In this document: positions 18,715 to 28,901 of the stretch, in pieces
How the letters are laid out: each line of letters starts with the position of its first letter
Position numbering within the stretch: position 1 is the first letter of the stretch
Assembly (NCBI GenBank): GCA_963848295.1
Contig: CAWKDB010000010.1
Coordinates: 800,001-864,000 of the forward strand
DNA: 64,000 nucleotides
DNA from: an uncultured delta proteobacterium
GTDB lineage: Bacteria > Myxococcota_A > Polyangia > Haliangiales > Haliangiaceae
Reading direction: 5' to 3'
The notes under the pieces: generated by a model
Told to the model about the DNA's origin: nothing
Databases searched by the model: none
What the model saw: only the letters and a program-made list of their open reading frames with translations
Made by a program: the position numbers and the translations under genes

Positions 18715-21516
18715 TTAACGCGAACCGTGCGTGCGCTCGGCGAGCCAGGTCGTCGCATCGCCGCGCCGGCCCGCGTCGACGTACCCATCGCGCGCCTGCG
18801 CGACGAGGGCGAGCGCACGGTCGCGGTCGCGGCCGGAGTCCCACAGCGCCACTCCGAGCGCGAAGCGCGACTCCGCGAGCGCATCGGGATCGGCATCGGC
18901 CGGACGCGCGCTCGCGACCGAGACCGCGCGCTCCGCGAGTGGCAGCGCGACCGCCGGCTCGTGCGCGTCGATGTGAAGGTCCGCGAGCTCGGCGAGCACG
19001 CCGGCGAGCCGCGATTCGGCGCCCGAGCCGAGCCGCTCGATCGTCGCGAGCGCGCGCTCGTCTTCGGCGATCGCATCCGGGAGATGGCCTGACTGCGCGA
19101 GCACGCGGGCGATGTCGCGGTCCGCACCCGCTTGGCCGCCGAGGTCACCGATGTGCTCGAGCACCTTGGCCGCGCCGCGATAATCGGCGAGCGCCGCGTC
19201 GAAGTGCTCCTGCGCCTGCTCGACCTCGCCGAGGTTGCCGTAGATCGCGGCGCGCGGCGCGGAGTCCGGGCCATACACCGCCAGCAACACCGCGTCGGCG
19301 CGCTGCAACAGTGGCCGAGCCTCGTCGTAGCGATGGAGCACGATCAACGCGCTCGCGAGGTTCAGCTCCGAGCCCGCGACGTCCGGGTGGCCTTCACCGA
19401 GCGTGCGCTCGAAGATCGCGAGCGTCCGCTGCGAGGTCTCGAGCGCCTTGTCGAGCTTGCCCTCGGCGCGCTCGATCTGACTCTGCGTGCCGAGCGCGGC
19501 GGCGACGCGCGGGTGGTCCGGGCCGAACACCTGCTCGAGCGCGGCGACCGCACCGACGATCGCGGTCTCGGCTTCGCCGGCGCGATTCTCGTCCATCAAG
19601 AGCTGCGCGTTCGTCGCGAGCAGCGAAGCGCGCAGCAGCGAGTTGTGGCCACCGAGCCGGTCGAGCTTCGCGAACGCGAGGTCGAGGTCGCGATGCGCAC
19701 TCGCGTGATCGTGCTGCGTGACACCGACGACGCTCGCGAGCCCGCCGAGCAGCAGCGCCGCGTCGAGGTCGCGACCGTGCGTTTCGGCGAGCGCGAGTGC
19801 GCGATCGAACGTCGCCGCCGCCTTCGCCGGAGGATCGACCTCGGCCTGGAGCTGGCCGAGCGTGTCGAGCACCGCGAGCTCGGCGTCGGCATCGCCCTGA
19901 GCGTGCGCGAGCTCCGCGAGCGGCTCGGCGACGGCGATCGCCTCGCGATAACGGCCGGCGTCGAAGAGCGCGCGGACCTTACCGAGCTCGGCCGAGTGCA
20001 CGGAGCGCGGGGCGGTCGCGAGCAACGTGCTCGGATCGTCGCACGGCGCGGGATCGAACATCGCCCACGCGGCGTCGCCGGCGCCCTCGACGGTCTGCAC
20101 GTCCGCGTGCTCGAACACGTCGACGAGCGACGCGAGCTCGTTGCGGCGATCGGTGAGACAGCTGCGGCGCAGCACCGCGAGATGGTCGTCACTCGCTTCC
20201 TGGCACGTCGCGGTCGTGCGCACCGCGAGCAACTCGCGATAGAGATCGAGCGCCTGCGTCGCGTGATCGAACGCGCTCGCCGCATACGGCGCACCACTCG
20301 CCGCAAACGCCTGCGCCGCGGCCGCGCGCTGCAAGCCGCCGAAGCTCTCGCGCACGTCGTCGCCCGCCGCCTCGCACTCCGCCGCGTGCCGGTGCGTGCG
20401 GATCGCCGACGCCGCAGCGAGCCCGCCACCGGCGAGGACCACGATCGCCGCCGCTGCGAACGCGGACCGCCGGCGGGTGCGCGGTCTCGCCGCCGCGCGC
20501 AACGCCGCGAGCAAGGCGTCGAGGTCGGCGAACCGCTCCGCCGGCTCGGCCGCGAGCCCGCGCTCGATCACGCGGCGCACGCGGTCCGGAACGACGGTGC
20601 GACCCGGTGGCGTCAGCTCGTGCGCCTCGATCGCGAGCTGGATCGCGGTGAGCGTCGTGCCGGCGAACGGCCGGCGACCGTAGAGGCTCTCCCACGCGAC
20701 GACGCAGAACGAGAATTGATCGCTGCGCACGTCGACCGCGTCCCCCGCGAGTTGCTCCGGCGCCATGTACGCCGGCGTGCCGAGCAGAGAGCCGGTGATC
20801 GTCAACGGCGTGTCGAGCGATTGCGACACCGCGGTTGGCTTCGTCGTCGCTCGCGGCGGGGGTGACGGCGTGGCATGCGCGCCGACGCGTGCGAGCCCGA
20901 AGTCGCTCACCCGCGGCCGACCGTCGTCGCCGACCAGCACGTTCTCGGGCTTGAAGTCGCGATGGACGAGCCCCGCGGCGTGGGCGGCCGCGAGCCCGGT
21001 GCCGGCGTCGATCAGCATCGCGACGATGTCGCGCCAGCCGCGCTTGGTCTTCGCGAGCCAGCCGCGCAGCGTATCGCCGCGCACGTACTCCATCGCGACA
21101 CACAACTGGTCGTCGATGCTCGTCACCTCGAACACCGTGACGACGTTCGGGTGCGCGAGCTTCGCCATCGCGATCGCTTCGCGCTGGAGTCGGTCGTCGC
21201 CCGAGCCGACGCGATGCAGCTTGAGCGCGACTTCGCGGCCGAGCTGTAGGTCGCGCGCGAGATACACGCTGCCCATGCCGCCGCGGCCGAGCAGCGCGTC
21301 GATCACGTAGCGGTCGCCGATCTCGACATCGACCATCGGCTCGCCGAGCGAGCTCGGCTGCGGCGTGCCCATCGCGAACGTATCGGCGCGAGCGGCGGCG
21401 GCGACCACCTGGCGACAGCTCTCGCACGAGCCGAGGTGGTCTTCGAGATCCGCGAACCCGCCGGGCTCGGCGCGCTCGAGCATCGCGACCAACACGTTCT
21501 CGTCCGGGCACGCCAC
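18715..21516 (-). CDS. Ser/Thr protein kinase with an N-terminal zf-HC2-like motif, a TM helix and TPR repeats
   Basis: HLGSCESC; LGRGGMGSVY, VALK, HRDFKPEN, DFGLA, GTPAYMAPE; TPR-like LEQVFGPDHPRVA repeats. Confidence 0.92.
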   Translation of the reverse strand: MACPDENVLVAMLERAEPGGFADLEDHLGSCESCRQVVAAAARADTFAMGTPQPSSLGEPMVDVEIGDRYVIDALLGRGGMGSVYLARDLQLGREVALKLHRVGSGDDRLQREAIAMAKLAHPNVVTVFEVTSIDDQLCVAMEYVRGDTLRGWLAKTKRGWRDIVAMLIDAGTGLAAAHAAGLVHRDFKPENVLVGDDGRPRVSDFGLARVGAHATPSPPPRATTKPTAVSQSLDTPLTITGSLLGTPAYMAPEQLAGDAVDVRSDQFSFCVVAWESLYGRRPFAGTTLTAIQLAIEAHELTPPGRTVVPDRVRRVIERGLAAEPAERFADLDALLAALRAAARPRTRRRSAFAAAAIVVLAGGGLAAASAIRTHRHAAECEAAGDDVRESFGGLQRAAAAQAFAASGAPYAASAFDHATQALDLYRELLAVRTTATCQEASDDHLAVLRRSCLTDRRNELASLVDVFEHADVQTVEGAGDAAWAMFDPAPCDDPSTLLATAPRSVHSAELGKVRALFDAGRYREAIAVAEPLAELAHAQGDADAELAVLDTLGQLQAEVDPPAKAAATFDRALALAETHGRDLDAALLLGGLASVVGVTQHDHASAHRDLDLAFAKLDRLGGHNSLLRASLLATNAQLLMDENRAGEAETAIVGAVAALEQVFGPDHPRVAAALGTQSQIERAEGKLDKALETSQRTLAIFERTLGEGHPDVAGSELNLASALIVLHRYDEARPLLQRADAVLLAVYGPDSAPRAAIYGNLGEVEQAQEHFDAALADYRGAAKVLEHIGDLGGQAGADRDIARVLAQSGHLPDAIAEDERALATIERLGSGAESRLAGVLAELADLHIDAHEPAVALPLAERAVSVASARPADADPDALAESRFALGVALWDSGRDRDRALALVAQARDGYVDAGRRGDATTWLAERTHGSR

Positions 21517-21593
21517 GGCAGGGGGTTACACCAACCCGGAGCGCGGTTCACGTGAAAATCGGAGGACCTGATTAACGTTGTAGGGCCGGCGAG

Positions 21594-23345
21594 TTACATC
21601 GCGGTGCACGCGCCAGAGGTGTCGACCTTGCAGCGCGGATCCGGGCCCGCGAACAACCCGGTCATCGCGCAGCCGGTGATCGTCAGCGGCACCGAAGTGG
21701 CCGACGCCCAGCACACCGGCGAGGTCGATTCTTGATCGGCGAGCCACATCTGGGGCCCGGTCGCGTCGTGCTGCGCCTCGTCGTCGCCGCTCGAGCTGCC
21801 GGTGCACGCGACGCCTTCGACCGTCGTGGCGCCGAACGAGCCGGGCGGCAGCCGATCGTCGGCCGTGCCATCGCCGGTCTCGATCGCGGTGTCACAGTTG
21901 GTCGAGCTCACGTGCTGGACGTCGACCGTCTCGTTGACTTGATTGTGCGGCACGAACGACACCGCCGAGTGACCGGCGACGCAGCTGATCGTGTCGGCGT
22001 GCGCATCCGCGATCTCGGAGTAATAGAGCAGTGGGCACGGCGCGGCGGCGGAGCACTGGCAGTCGGTTCCACCGCCGCCCTGCGCGAGGCTGTTGCAGCC
22101 GTTCTGGTGCAGCGTGTAGTCGCCGACGCGATCGGTCTCGAACCGCAGCGCGATGCCACCGCTGCTGAAGATCTGCGTGAACGCGAGCGTGCGGCCGGCT
22201 TGGACCTGGACCGCGCCGCCACCGAGGCAGCCATGCACGTGATAGTGGTTCGTGTACGTGATCTGGCTCGGGCCGTAGAAGTGGTCGGCGTCCGGCGAGT
22301 CGTCGTGGCCGTACAGCTTCGTGACCGGGTTGAGGAACGTCGGCGGCGTCGCGTCCGCGTTCGTGTCGTTCGCGATCGAGAACAGGTTCTGCACGAGCAC
22401 GCCTTGCGCGTATTCGATCAGCAACGGCTCGAGGTCGGGATCGGCGCCGGTCGTCGCCGGATCGACGTCGACGGTAAAGCTGTGGCTGACATCCCAGCCG
22501 GCGACGATGCCTTGCTTGAGCGAGGTGTCGGCGCCGGTGCCGACGCCGATCAGCGTGACGTTCTGGACCGGCCCGGCCCCGCTCGGCGAGTCGATCGCGA
22601 ACAGCGAGCTCGCCATCGCGGCGCTCGTGGTGGATTCTCGAAACACCGCATCGGCGGAGATCTCGATCCGGACGTCGCCGTACGTGCCGAGCGCGTCGCT
22701 GGTCGTCACGCCCTTGACCTGGTACGTGCCGGCCGGCACGTAGACGATTGCCTGCGGCGTGGCGAGCGGACCGCTGGGAAAATCGCGCGGCAACGTCGTC
22801 GATGCGTAGACGATCGCGGCATCGAGGCTCGCGGTGTCGTCCGCGATGCCGTCGCCGATCGCCTGCGGGACGCTCGCGAGCTGGGTCGTCCGGATGTTGA
22901 TCGCGTTGTAGACCATCAAGCCGAGCCGCGTGACCGCGACCTGATCGGAGTAGGCCGCGACGTTCGTCGCCCCGGGTGCGCTCGCGATCAGATAGAACAT
23001 CGCGGTCGTCGTCATCTGCCCCGCGGGCAGCGTGAGGTGGGTCAGCCGCGTCGTGCAGGTCGCATCGGCGAACACCTCGAGCGGAGCGCCACCTGCGTCC
23101 AGGCCGGCGATCGCGATCGTGGTGTCGTTAGCGCTCGGGGCGACGTTGTCGCCGAGTGCTACGGTCGCGACGAACGGGTCGTAGCTGCACGCGGTCTGGG
23201 TCAGCGCGACCGGTCCGGTGATCGTCGCGACAATCGAGAACGGCTCGGTGTTGCCATCCGGGCTCGGCGCGTCGTGCGAGCCCGAGCAGGCGACGAGCAT
23301 GCAGCTCGCCGCGATCGCGTGACACCAGCGCATCGTGGCCACCAT
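21594..23345 (-). CDS. Lipoprotein with a pectate-lyase-3/beta-helix-like domain
   Basis: ATG overlaps the upstream TGA (TGATG); lipobox LVAC; AIGDGIADDTASLDAAI..IVYVPAGTY motif. Confidence 0.65.
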   Translation of the reverse strand: MVATMRWCHAIAASCMLVACSGSHDAPSPDGNTEPFSIVATITGPVALTQTACSYDPFVATVALGDNVAPSANDTTIAIAGLDAGGAPLEVFADATCTTRLTHLTLPAGQMTTTAMFYLIASAPGATNVAAYSDQVAVTRLGLMVYNAINIRTTQLASVPQAIGDGIADDTASLDAAIVYASTTLPRDFPSGPLATPQAIVYVPAGTYQVKGVTTSDALGTYGDVRIEISADAVFRESTTSAAMASSLFAIDSPSGAGPVQNVTLIGVGTGADTSLKQGIVAGWDVSHSFTVDVDPATTGADPDLEPLLIEYAQGVLVQNLFSIANDTNADATPPTFLNPVTKLYGHDDSPDADHFYGPSQITYTNHYHVHGCLGGGAVQVQAGRTLAFTQIFSSGGIALRFETDRVGDYTLHQNGCNSLAQGGGGTDCQCSAAAPCPLLYYSEIADAHADTISCVAGHSAVSFVPHNQVNETVDVQHVSSTNCDTAIETGDGTADDRLPPGSFGATTVEGVACTGSSSGDDEAQHDATGPQMWLADQESTSPVCWASATSVPLTITGCAMTGLFAGPDPRCKVDTSGACTAM

Positions 23346-25264
23346 CACAACGGCAGCGGACAGGTGCGCGCGCCGAGGTACGTCAGCGTGTCTTGTGGAT
23401 AGCCCGCCCATTGCGCGGCGGGATCGAACGCGTCGGAGCCGTCCGGATCGCCGGCGAACACGTCGCAGTCGCGGAGCAGCGTGTGACCGACCGACGACGT
23501 CGCGCCCGTGCCCCACCCTCCGGCCCCCGGATCGGTGCCGATCTGACCGAACACGTCGTAGACCGTCGAGCCGCAAACGAGCTCGACCGCGTCGTTGCCG
23601 TTCCACAAGCCGGAGCCGGTCGTCTGATCGCAGGTCGGGCCGACGATGCCGGTCTTGCAGAACGTGTAGACGCCGCCCGGGTCGATCGACGCCGTGGTCG
23701 TCAACGCGGTCGTCGTGCCCGTCGCGCTGCCGTTCGAGAACACCTTCACGCCGCAGCCGTTCAGCGAGAACGGCAGCGAGCCCGGGTTGTAGATCTCGAC
23801 CGCCTTGTTGTCGGTGACATCGGTGCTCTCGACGTATTCGGTGAAGTACGGCCCCGCGATCTCGACGACGCCCGGCGTCGTGAAGCCGTCGCTCGAGCCC
23901 GCGTCGCCGGTGTCGCCGTAGACCCACGTCGCGCCGCCGTCGTCCGACAAGCGAAACGCATAGCTCTGGGTCGTGCCGACCGTGCCGGCGATCGTGAACA
24001 TCCCGAGGTACTCGTCGTTGTTCGGTTCGTAGTCGGCGCTCGTCGGCCCGTACGCGGCGTTCGGGTTCGCGGCGGTGTACGTGTACGTCGTGGGATCGGT
24101 GCCGGTGCCGAGGCCGAGCTCGACGAGCACGTTCGCCGGCAGCGGATCGTCGACGCCGCTCTGATCGGTCACGCCCTGCACGTAGATCCGGCCGTACACC
24201 GTCTGCGTCGTCCCCGGTACGTCGATGATCGTCGCCGGGAACTGGACGCGCGCGAACACCGCGGTGCCGATGCACGTCGCGGCGCTGCACGTCTGGCCAG
24301 TCCACGCGCAATCGACGTCGGTCTCGGCATAGCTGCATGCGGGCACACCCGCGGTCGCCGAGCACGTGCCCGCGGCGGCAAAGCTCGCGATCACCGTGCC
24401 GACGCACGTCGTCGCCGGTGGCGTATCGCACGTGAAGCCGACGCACGGATCGACGCACGCGCCGGCCGAGCACGCTTGGTCCGACGCGCTGCAATCGACA
24501 TCGGTGACCGGGTAATCACAAGACACGACGCCGCCCGGCGACGTGCACGTGCCGGGGTTCGCGTGCTGCGCTCGGGTCTCGCCGTCGACGCACGTGTCTG
24601 CCGGAGGCGCATCGCACGGGTTCGGCATGCATGGATCGACGCACGCGCCGCCGGAGCAGATCTGGTCGGTCGCGGTGCAGTCGGTCTGCGTCGGCGTATA
24701 GCTGCACACCGGATCGCCCGTGCTGCCATCGCACGTGCCGGCCGTCGCGTACGTGGTCAGCGTATTGTCCGCGCACGTCGCATCCGGTGGCGTGTCGCAC
24801 GTCGCGCCTGCGCACGCGTCGTAGCACGCGCCGTTCTGGCAGACCTGTCCCGCGTCGGCGCAGTCATTCGTCGTCGGCGCGTAGCTGCACACCGCGGTCC
24901 CCGAGCTGCCATCGCACGTGCCGGTAGATGCGTAGGTCGTGAGCACGGTGTCGGCGCACGACGGATCGGGCGGCGTGTTGCACGTCGCGGTCGCACACGG
25001 ATCGTCGGGCGCGACGCACGCACCCATCGCACACACCATGCCGGTCGCCGAGCAATCGGTCATCTCGGTCGGGTAATCGCAGCTCGCCGCGCCGTTGTCG
25101 TCGGTGCACGTCGCCGTGTCGGTGACGACGAGCGTCGTGCCGTTGCACGTCGGTGCGACCGGCGCGGGACACGCGTTGTCGGTGCACACGGTGTCCATCG
25201 CGGTTGGACCGCAAGCGGCAAACGCCAACACCACCATCGAGACCACGAACCGTTGACCCGTCAT
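23345..25264 (-). CDS. Cys-rich repeat lipoprotein with a C-terminal lamin-tail (LTD) domain
   Basis: Lipobox FAAC; about five repeats of the type C.TPP...C....LTTY...GTC.......C.Y; FTEYVE..NKAVEIYN, WNGNDAVEL, DVFGQIG. Confidence 0.8.
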   Translation of the reverse strand: MTGQRFVVSMVVLAFAACGPTAMDTVCTDNACPAPVAPTCNGTTLVVTDTATCTDDNGAASCDYPTEMTDCSATGMVCAMGACVAPDDPCATATCNTPPDPSCADTVLTTYASTGTCDGSSGTAVCSYAPTTNDCADAGQVCQNGACYDACAGATCDTPPDATCADNTLTTYATAGTCDGSTGDPVCSYTPTQTDCTATDQICSGGACVDPCMPNPCDAPPADTCVDGETRAQHANPGTCTSPGGVVSCDYPVTDVDCSASDQACSAGACVDPCVGFTCDTPPATTCVGTVIASFAAAGTCSATAGVPACSYAETDVDCAWTGQTCSAATCIGTAVFARVQFPATIIDVPGTTQTVYGRIYVQGVTDQSGVDDPLPANVLVELGLGTGTDPTTYTYTAANPNAAYGPTSADYEPNNDEYLGMFTIAGTVGTTQSYAFRLSDDGGATWVYGDTGDAGSSDGFTTPGVVEIAGPYFTEYVESTDVTDNKAVEIYNPGSLPFSLNGCGVKVFSNGSATGTTTALTTTASIDPGGVYTFCKTGIVGPTCDQTTGSGLWNGNDAVELVCGSTVYDVFGQIGTDPGAGGWGTGATSSVGHTLLRDCDVFAGDPDGSDAFDPAAQWAGYPQDTLTYLGARTCPLPL

Positions 25265-25340
25265 CCGGCGGAGACTAACGAAACCCGAGCGCGAGCGCAC
25301 GTCTGTTCTCACGGTTCCGGCGTACGTGTGCGCGTCGGGA

Positions 25341-26024
25341 TCACGCGAGCTGCGGCGTCGCTCGCGCGAGCCGGTTGATCTCGCGCGTGCTGACCACCGA
25401 GCTCGGCGCGCCCGAGCGCACGAGGTTGAGCATCGCCAAGCCCACGCGCTCGGTCGTCGTCATCGCGCTCGGCAGCATCACCCGGAGCAGCGGCAGCACC
25501 GGCCACAACGCGTAGTAGAAGATGCGATAGCTGCGGGTCTTCGACTTGATGCCGTGCAGCGGCTGGATCCCGGCGGGCCGGAACATGTACGCCGCCTTGA
25601 ACGGCATCGCGAGCAGCGCGTTCTCGGTCTTGCCTTTGACCCGCGCCCACATCCCGCGCGCCTTCTCGCCGGTATCGGTGCCGGCGCCCGAGACGTAGCT
25701 GAACACCGACGCCGGCGACACCGACAACAACGTCTTCGCCGCGGCGATCGTCATGTCGTACGTGATCCGCGTGTACGCCGCCTCCGACATCCCCGCGGAC
25801 GACACCCCGAGGCAGAACAAGCACGCGTCGAGACCGGCGAGCCGCGGCGCGATCGCCGTGAAGTCGGTAAAGTCCGGGTGCACGACCTCGGTGACCTTCG
25901 AGTCGAGGTTTCCCAGCGCGGTGCGACCGACGACGATGACGCTCTCGACGTCGCGCGCGAGCACGCACTCGCGCAGCACGCCCTGCCCGACCATGCCGCT
26001 CGCCCCGAAGATCACGACCTTCAT
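25341..26024 (-). CDS. NAD(P)-binding Rossmann protein (epimerase/HTATIP2-like)
   Basis: MKVVIFGASGMVG, CLFCLG, YVSGAG, WARVKGKTENALL, FRPA. Confidence 0.85.
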   Translation of the reverse strand: MKVVIFGASGMVGQGVLRECVLARDVESVIVVGRTALGNLDSKVTEVVHPDFTDFTAIAPRLAGLDACLFCLGVSSAGMSEAAYTRITYDMTIAAAKTLLSVSPASVFSYVSGAGTDTGEKARGMWARVKGKTENALLAMPFKAAYMFRPAGIQPLHGIKSKTRSYRIFYYALWPVLPLLRVMLPSAMTTTERVGLAMLNLVRSGAPSSVVSTREINRLARATPQLA

Positions 26025-26053
26025 CGTGCGCAGTGTATGCGGTATCCGCGGCG

Positions 26054-26782
26054 CTACGGCGACAGCACGGCCGTGAACCGCACCATCACGGTCGGCGAGC
26101 CGAACTCGCCTTCGCGATGGCGCACCGCGAGCTCGACCGCGCCCCACCGGAACGTCTGGTAGCGCACACCCCAGTCGAACACGTACTCGGTCGTCGGCTT
26201 GCCGAGCTCGAGCTCGGGCATCCACGCGAAGTCCGCGATCAGCGACGACTTCGGATACGGCGGCGGCACGACCTCGAGGCCAAGGCTCGGCCGCACGACC
26301 GGCGCAGACTTGATCCCCTCGTCGAGCGCGCGCAGCTCGCCGACCCCGGCGTGCAGCGTCGCCGGTCCGATTCGCCGGCTCGCGACGACGTACGCGTCGG
26401 CCGCGCGCAGCTCGCTGCCGATCGTCGCGCGCACGCCGAGCACGAGCGCCGGCTGGCCTGCGAACCAAGCATCTTGCCGCGCGCCGACCCGAAACTGCGC
26501 ACGCGCGAGGTAGATCTCCGGCGCCGGTGAGCCCGAGCACGAAGCCAGGCTGCACCGGCGGACGTCGCTATCGGTGCCGACCTCGACCTCCGCGATCCCG
26601 CCGAGACCATAGGCGAGCTCGGCGAGCGCCTTCGCGTGGCTGTCGACGCCGGCGGTCGCGACGATCGTCCCCGCCGCCGGCAACCACGCGGTCGGCGCGG
26701 CGACGACGCGATCGGTCGCCGGGTCCGCCGCCGCGATGCGCGCGACGAGCCCGACGCTCGCTATGATCGCGAACCGGAGCAC
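26054..26782 (-). CDS. Outer-membrane beta-barrel protein, YjbH-like (paralog 3)
   Basis: Signal peptide; APTAWL..G motif; YGLGGIAEVEV; amphipathic strands; WGVRY. Confidence 0.55.
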   Translation of the reverse strand: MLRFAIIASVGLVARIAAADPATDRVVAAPTAWLPAAGTIVATAGVDSHAKALAELAYGLGGIAEVEVGTDSDVRRCSLASCSGSPAPEIYLARAQFRVGARQDAWFAGQPALVLGVRATIGSELRAADAYVVASRRIGPATLHAGVGELRALDEGIKSAPVVRPSLGLEVVPPPYPKSSLIADFAWMPELELGKPTTEYVFDWGVRYQTFRWGAVELAVRHREGEFGSPTVMVRFTAVLSP

Positions 26783-26784
26783 GT

Positions 26785-27850
26785 TCAGTCGCCGTGGACC
26801 GCGCGGGCGAGCGCGAACGACGTGAACGTGATCTGCCCGTAGATCTGCGCGTCGAGCAGGTTCGCGGAGCCGATGTCCGGAACCCGGACACCCGACTCGA
26901 GCCGCATCCACGGCGCGACCTCGTAGCGCACGCCCCACGACAGCTGAGGTCGCAGCTCGATCCGCTGGTCGTTCGTGCACTGGTAACAGAACAGCGGTGC
27001 CCAGCTGACGTCGACGAGGATCTCGGCTTTATCGAGAGGGCGGACCTGGATGCCGCCGAACGGCCGGATCTGCTCGCCGACGCCGCTCGCTTCGCCGTGA
27101 AGGTCGAACGTCGTACCGCCCCGCTCGAGCGACGCATCCCAGAACGAGCCACCGAGGTGGAGCGCGACGCGATCGCCGAGGCGCTCGCTGGCGACTAACG
27201 TCAGCTCTGCGACCTTCGTCGTCGCGTCGTTTTGACTGCGATCGAACGACTTGAAGAACCCGAGCACGAGCCCGGGCTGATGGTCGAACAGCCGGTTCTC
27301 ACCGACACCCATCCGAAACGTCGCGCCGACGTACGGCTGGATCGCGGACGGCGAGTCGGTCGACAGCGCCTTCGCGCGAATCTGATCGGTGCTCGACACG
27401 CCGAACTCTGCGACGTCACCGAGACCGACGCGGTTGTCACTGATGAAGCCGCCGCCGGTGTCGACGCCGGTGCGCGAATACAACACTCCGGCCGGCAGCA
27501 ACCATCCGGTCGGCGCCGCGATCACGGTCGGCATCGACACCGCTGGATCCGGCTGGCGCGGCTTCGCGGGCGGCTTCGGCTTGCGCTCCGGCTCGCCCAT
27601 CGGGTTGTCGGGGATCACCTCGTCGCGGATCGGCATCGGAGTCGGCGGCACTCCCCGCGCTGCCACTCCCCGCGCTCGCGCTGCCGCTTCCCGCGCTCGC
27701 CGTGCCGCTCCCCGCGCCCGCACTGCCGCTCCCCGCGGCCGAGCCCGGGTTCGGAATGGGTGGCGCCGGATCCGGCCCGGGTTGCGCGTTCGCGACCGCC
27801 GCCGCAACGCAGATCGTCAGAGTCACTCGGGTCCACTGGTGCTTCGTCAT
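26785..27850 (-). CDS. Outer-membrane beta-barrel protein, YjbH-like (paralog 2), frameshifted near 27650
   Basis: Signal peptide and GSG linker in the frame of ORF 27437-27850; barrel (APTGWLLPAG, VGLGDVAEFGV, WGVRY) in the frame of ORF 26785-27807. Confidence 0.55.
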
Positions 27851-27867
27851 AGGGCTCCTGGTTGCGG

Positions 27868-28809
27868 CTAGTCACAAAACGCGTGCACGGTGCGGCAAGC
27901 CAGCGCACCCCACGGCACGAACACCTCGGCACCGAGCCGGATGTCCCACTGCGAAACGAGATCGCTCAGGCCATCGCTGGCCATCGGATCGGAAGACTCG
28001 AGCTGGTAGCCGAGGCTCGCATCGAACACGACGCTCGGCGCGAGTCGCCAACGCAGCCCGAGCCGCGCTTGCAACCCGTACGTGATCTTCGGCGGATCGG
28101 CGGTGTTGACCGTCCAGCGGAACTGCGGGACCTCCGCCACTTCGCCGACGATCATCGCGTCGCGATTCATCACGAGCTCGATGCCGGCAGTCGGCAGCGC
28201 CAGCGTGCGGTGCAGCGTCGCGTCGGGCAGCGCCGAGTCGCCGGTGATCGCGAGCGTCGCGGGCGACACGCGGACCCCGCCGTGCAACACGAGCCACGGC
28301 GTGATCCGCTCGCGCGCGACGACATAGAAGTCCGTGACCTTCTCGCCGACCTTCGTCGTCCCGAACGTCTCGTCACGCTCGACGCCGACGCGCACCGCGA
28401 CTCCGATCGCGGGCATGTAGTGCCAACGCGGCAGCGGCAGCTTGAGCTGAACACCGAGCGCGGGCAGCGGCGCATCGACGCCTGTGACGCTGATCGCACC
28501 GGTCTCGCGATATTCGAGCTGCGCGAGATCGCCAAAGCCGATCGCGACCACCGCCGCCGAGGTCAGCCGCCCGGGATCTTGGAGCAAGCTGCCGTCGCCC
28601 GAGAGGCTCAGCATGTACGCGCCGATGACGTCGGCGGTCGGCATCGTGAATAGCCGCGACGACGGGAACGGTCCGGCAAACATCTGCCCGAAGCTCGCGT
28701 CGGGATCGCGCTTCGCCGTCGGCGCCGTCGGATCGTCTGCGGTCGCGGTGCCGGCGACGCACGCGAGCGCGAGCCCGACGAGCGCAGATGGGTGACCGAG
28801 GAACCGCAT
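27868..28809 (-). CDS. Outer-membrane beta-barrel protein, YjbH-like (paralog 1)
   Basis: Signal peptide; MPTADVIG, IGFGDLAQLEY, LGLRW, WDIRLGAEVF. Confidence 0.55.
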   Translation of the reverse strand: MRFLGHPSALVGLALACVAGTATADDPTAPTAKRDPDASFGQMFAGPFPSSRLFTMPTADVIGAYMLSLSGDGSLLQDPGRLTSAAVVAIGFGDLAQLEYRETGAISVTGVDAPLPALGVQLKLPLPRWHYMPAIGVAVRVGVERDETFGTTKVGEKVTDFYVVARERITPWLVLHGGVRVSPATLAITGDSALPDATLHRTLALPTAGIELVMNRDAMIVGEVAEVPQFRWTVNTADPPKITYGLQARLGLRWRLAPSVVFDASLGYQLESSDPMASDGLSDLVSQWDIRLGAEVFVPWGALACRTVHAFCD

Positions 28810-28901
28810 GCTCTGTTGTTGCGGTTTGTCGCGTGAAGCCACCATCGCGAACGCGTGAGATCCGCGTGATCGGGCGGAAGGTCTGGCAGACTCGAGCGAA
28901 C

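Noticed and set aside
21594..24494. 966-aa ORF as one protein
   Set aside because: The portion above 23345 is an off-frame shadow of the LTD lipoprotein; the true start is at the TGATG overlap
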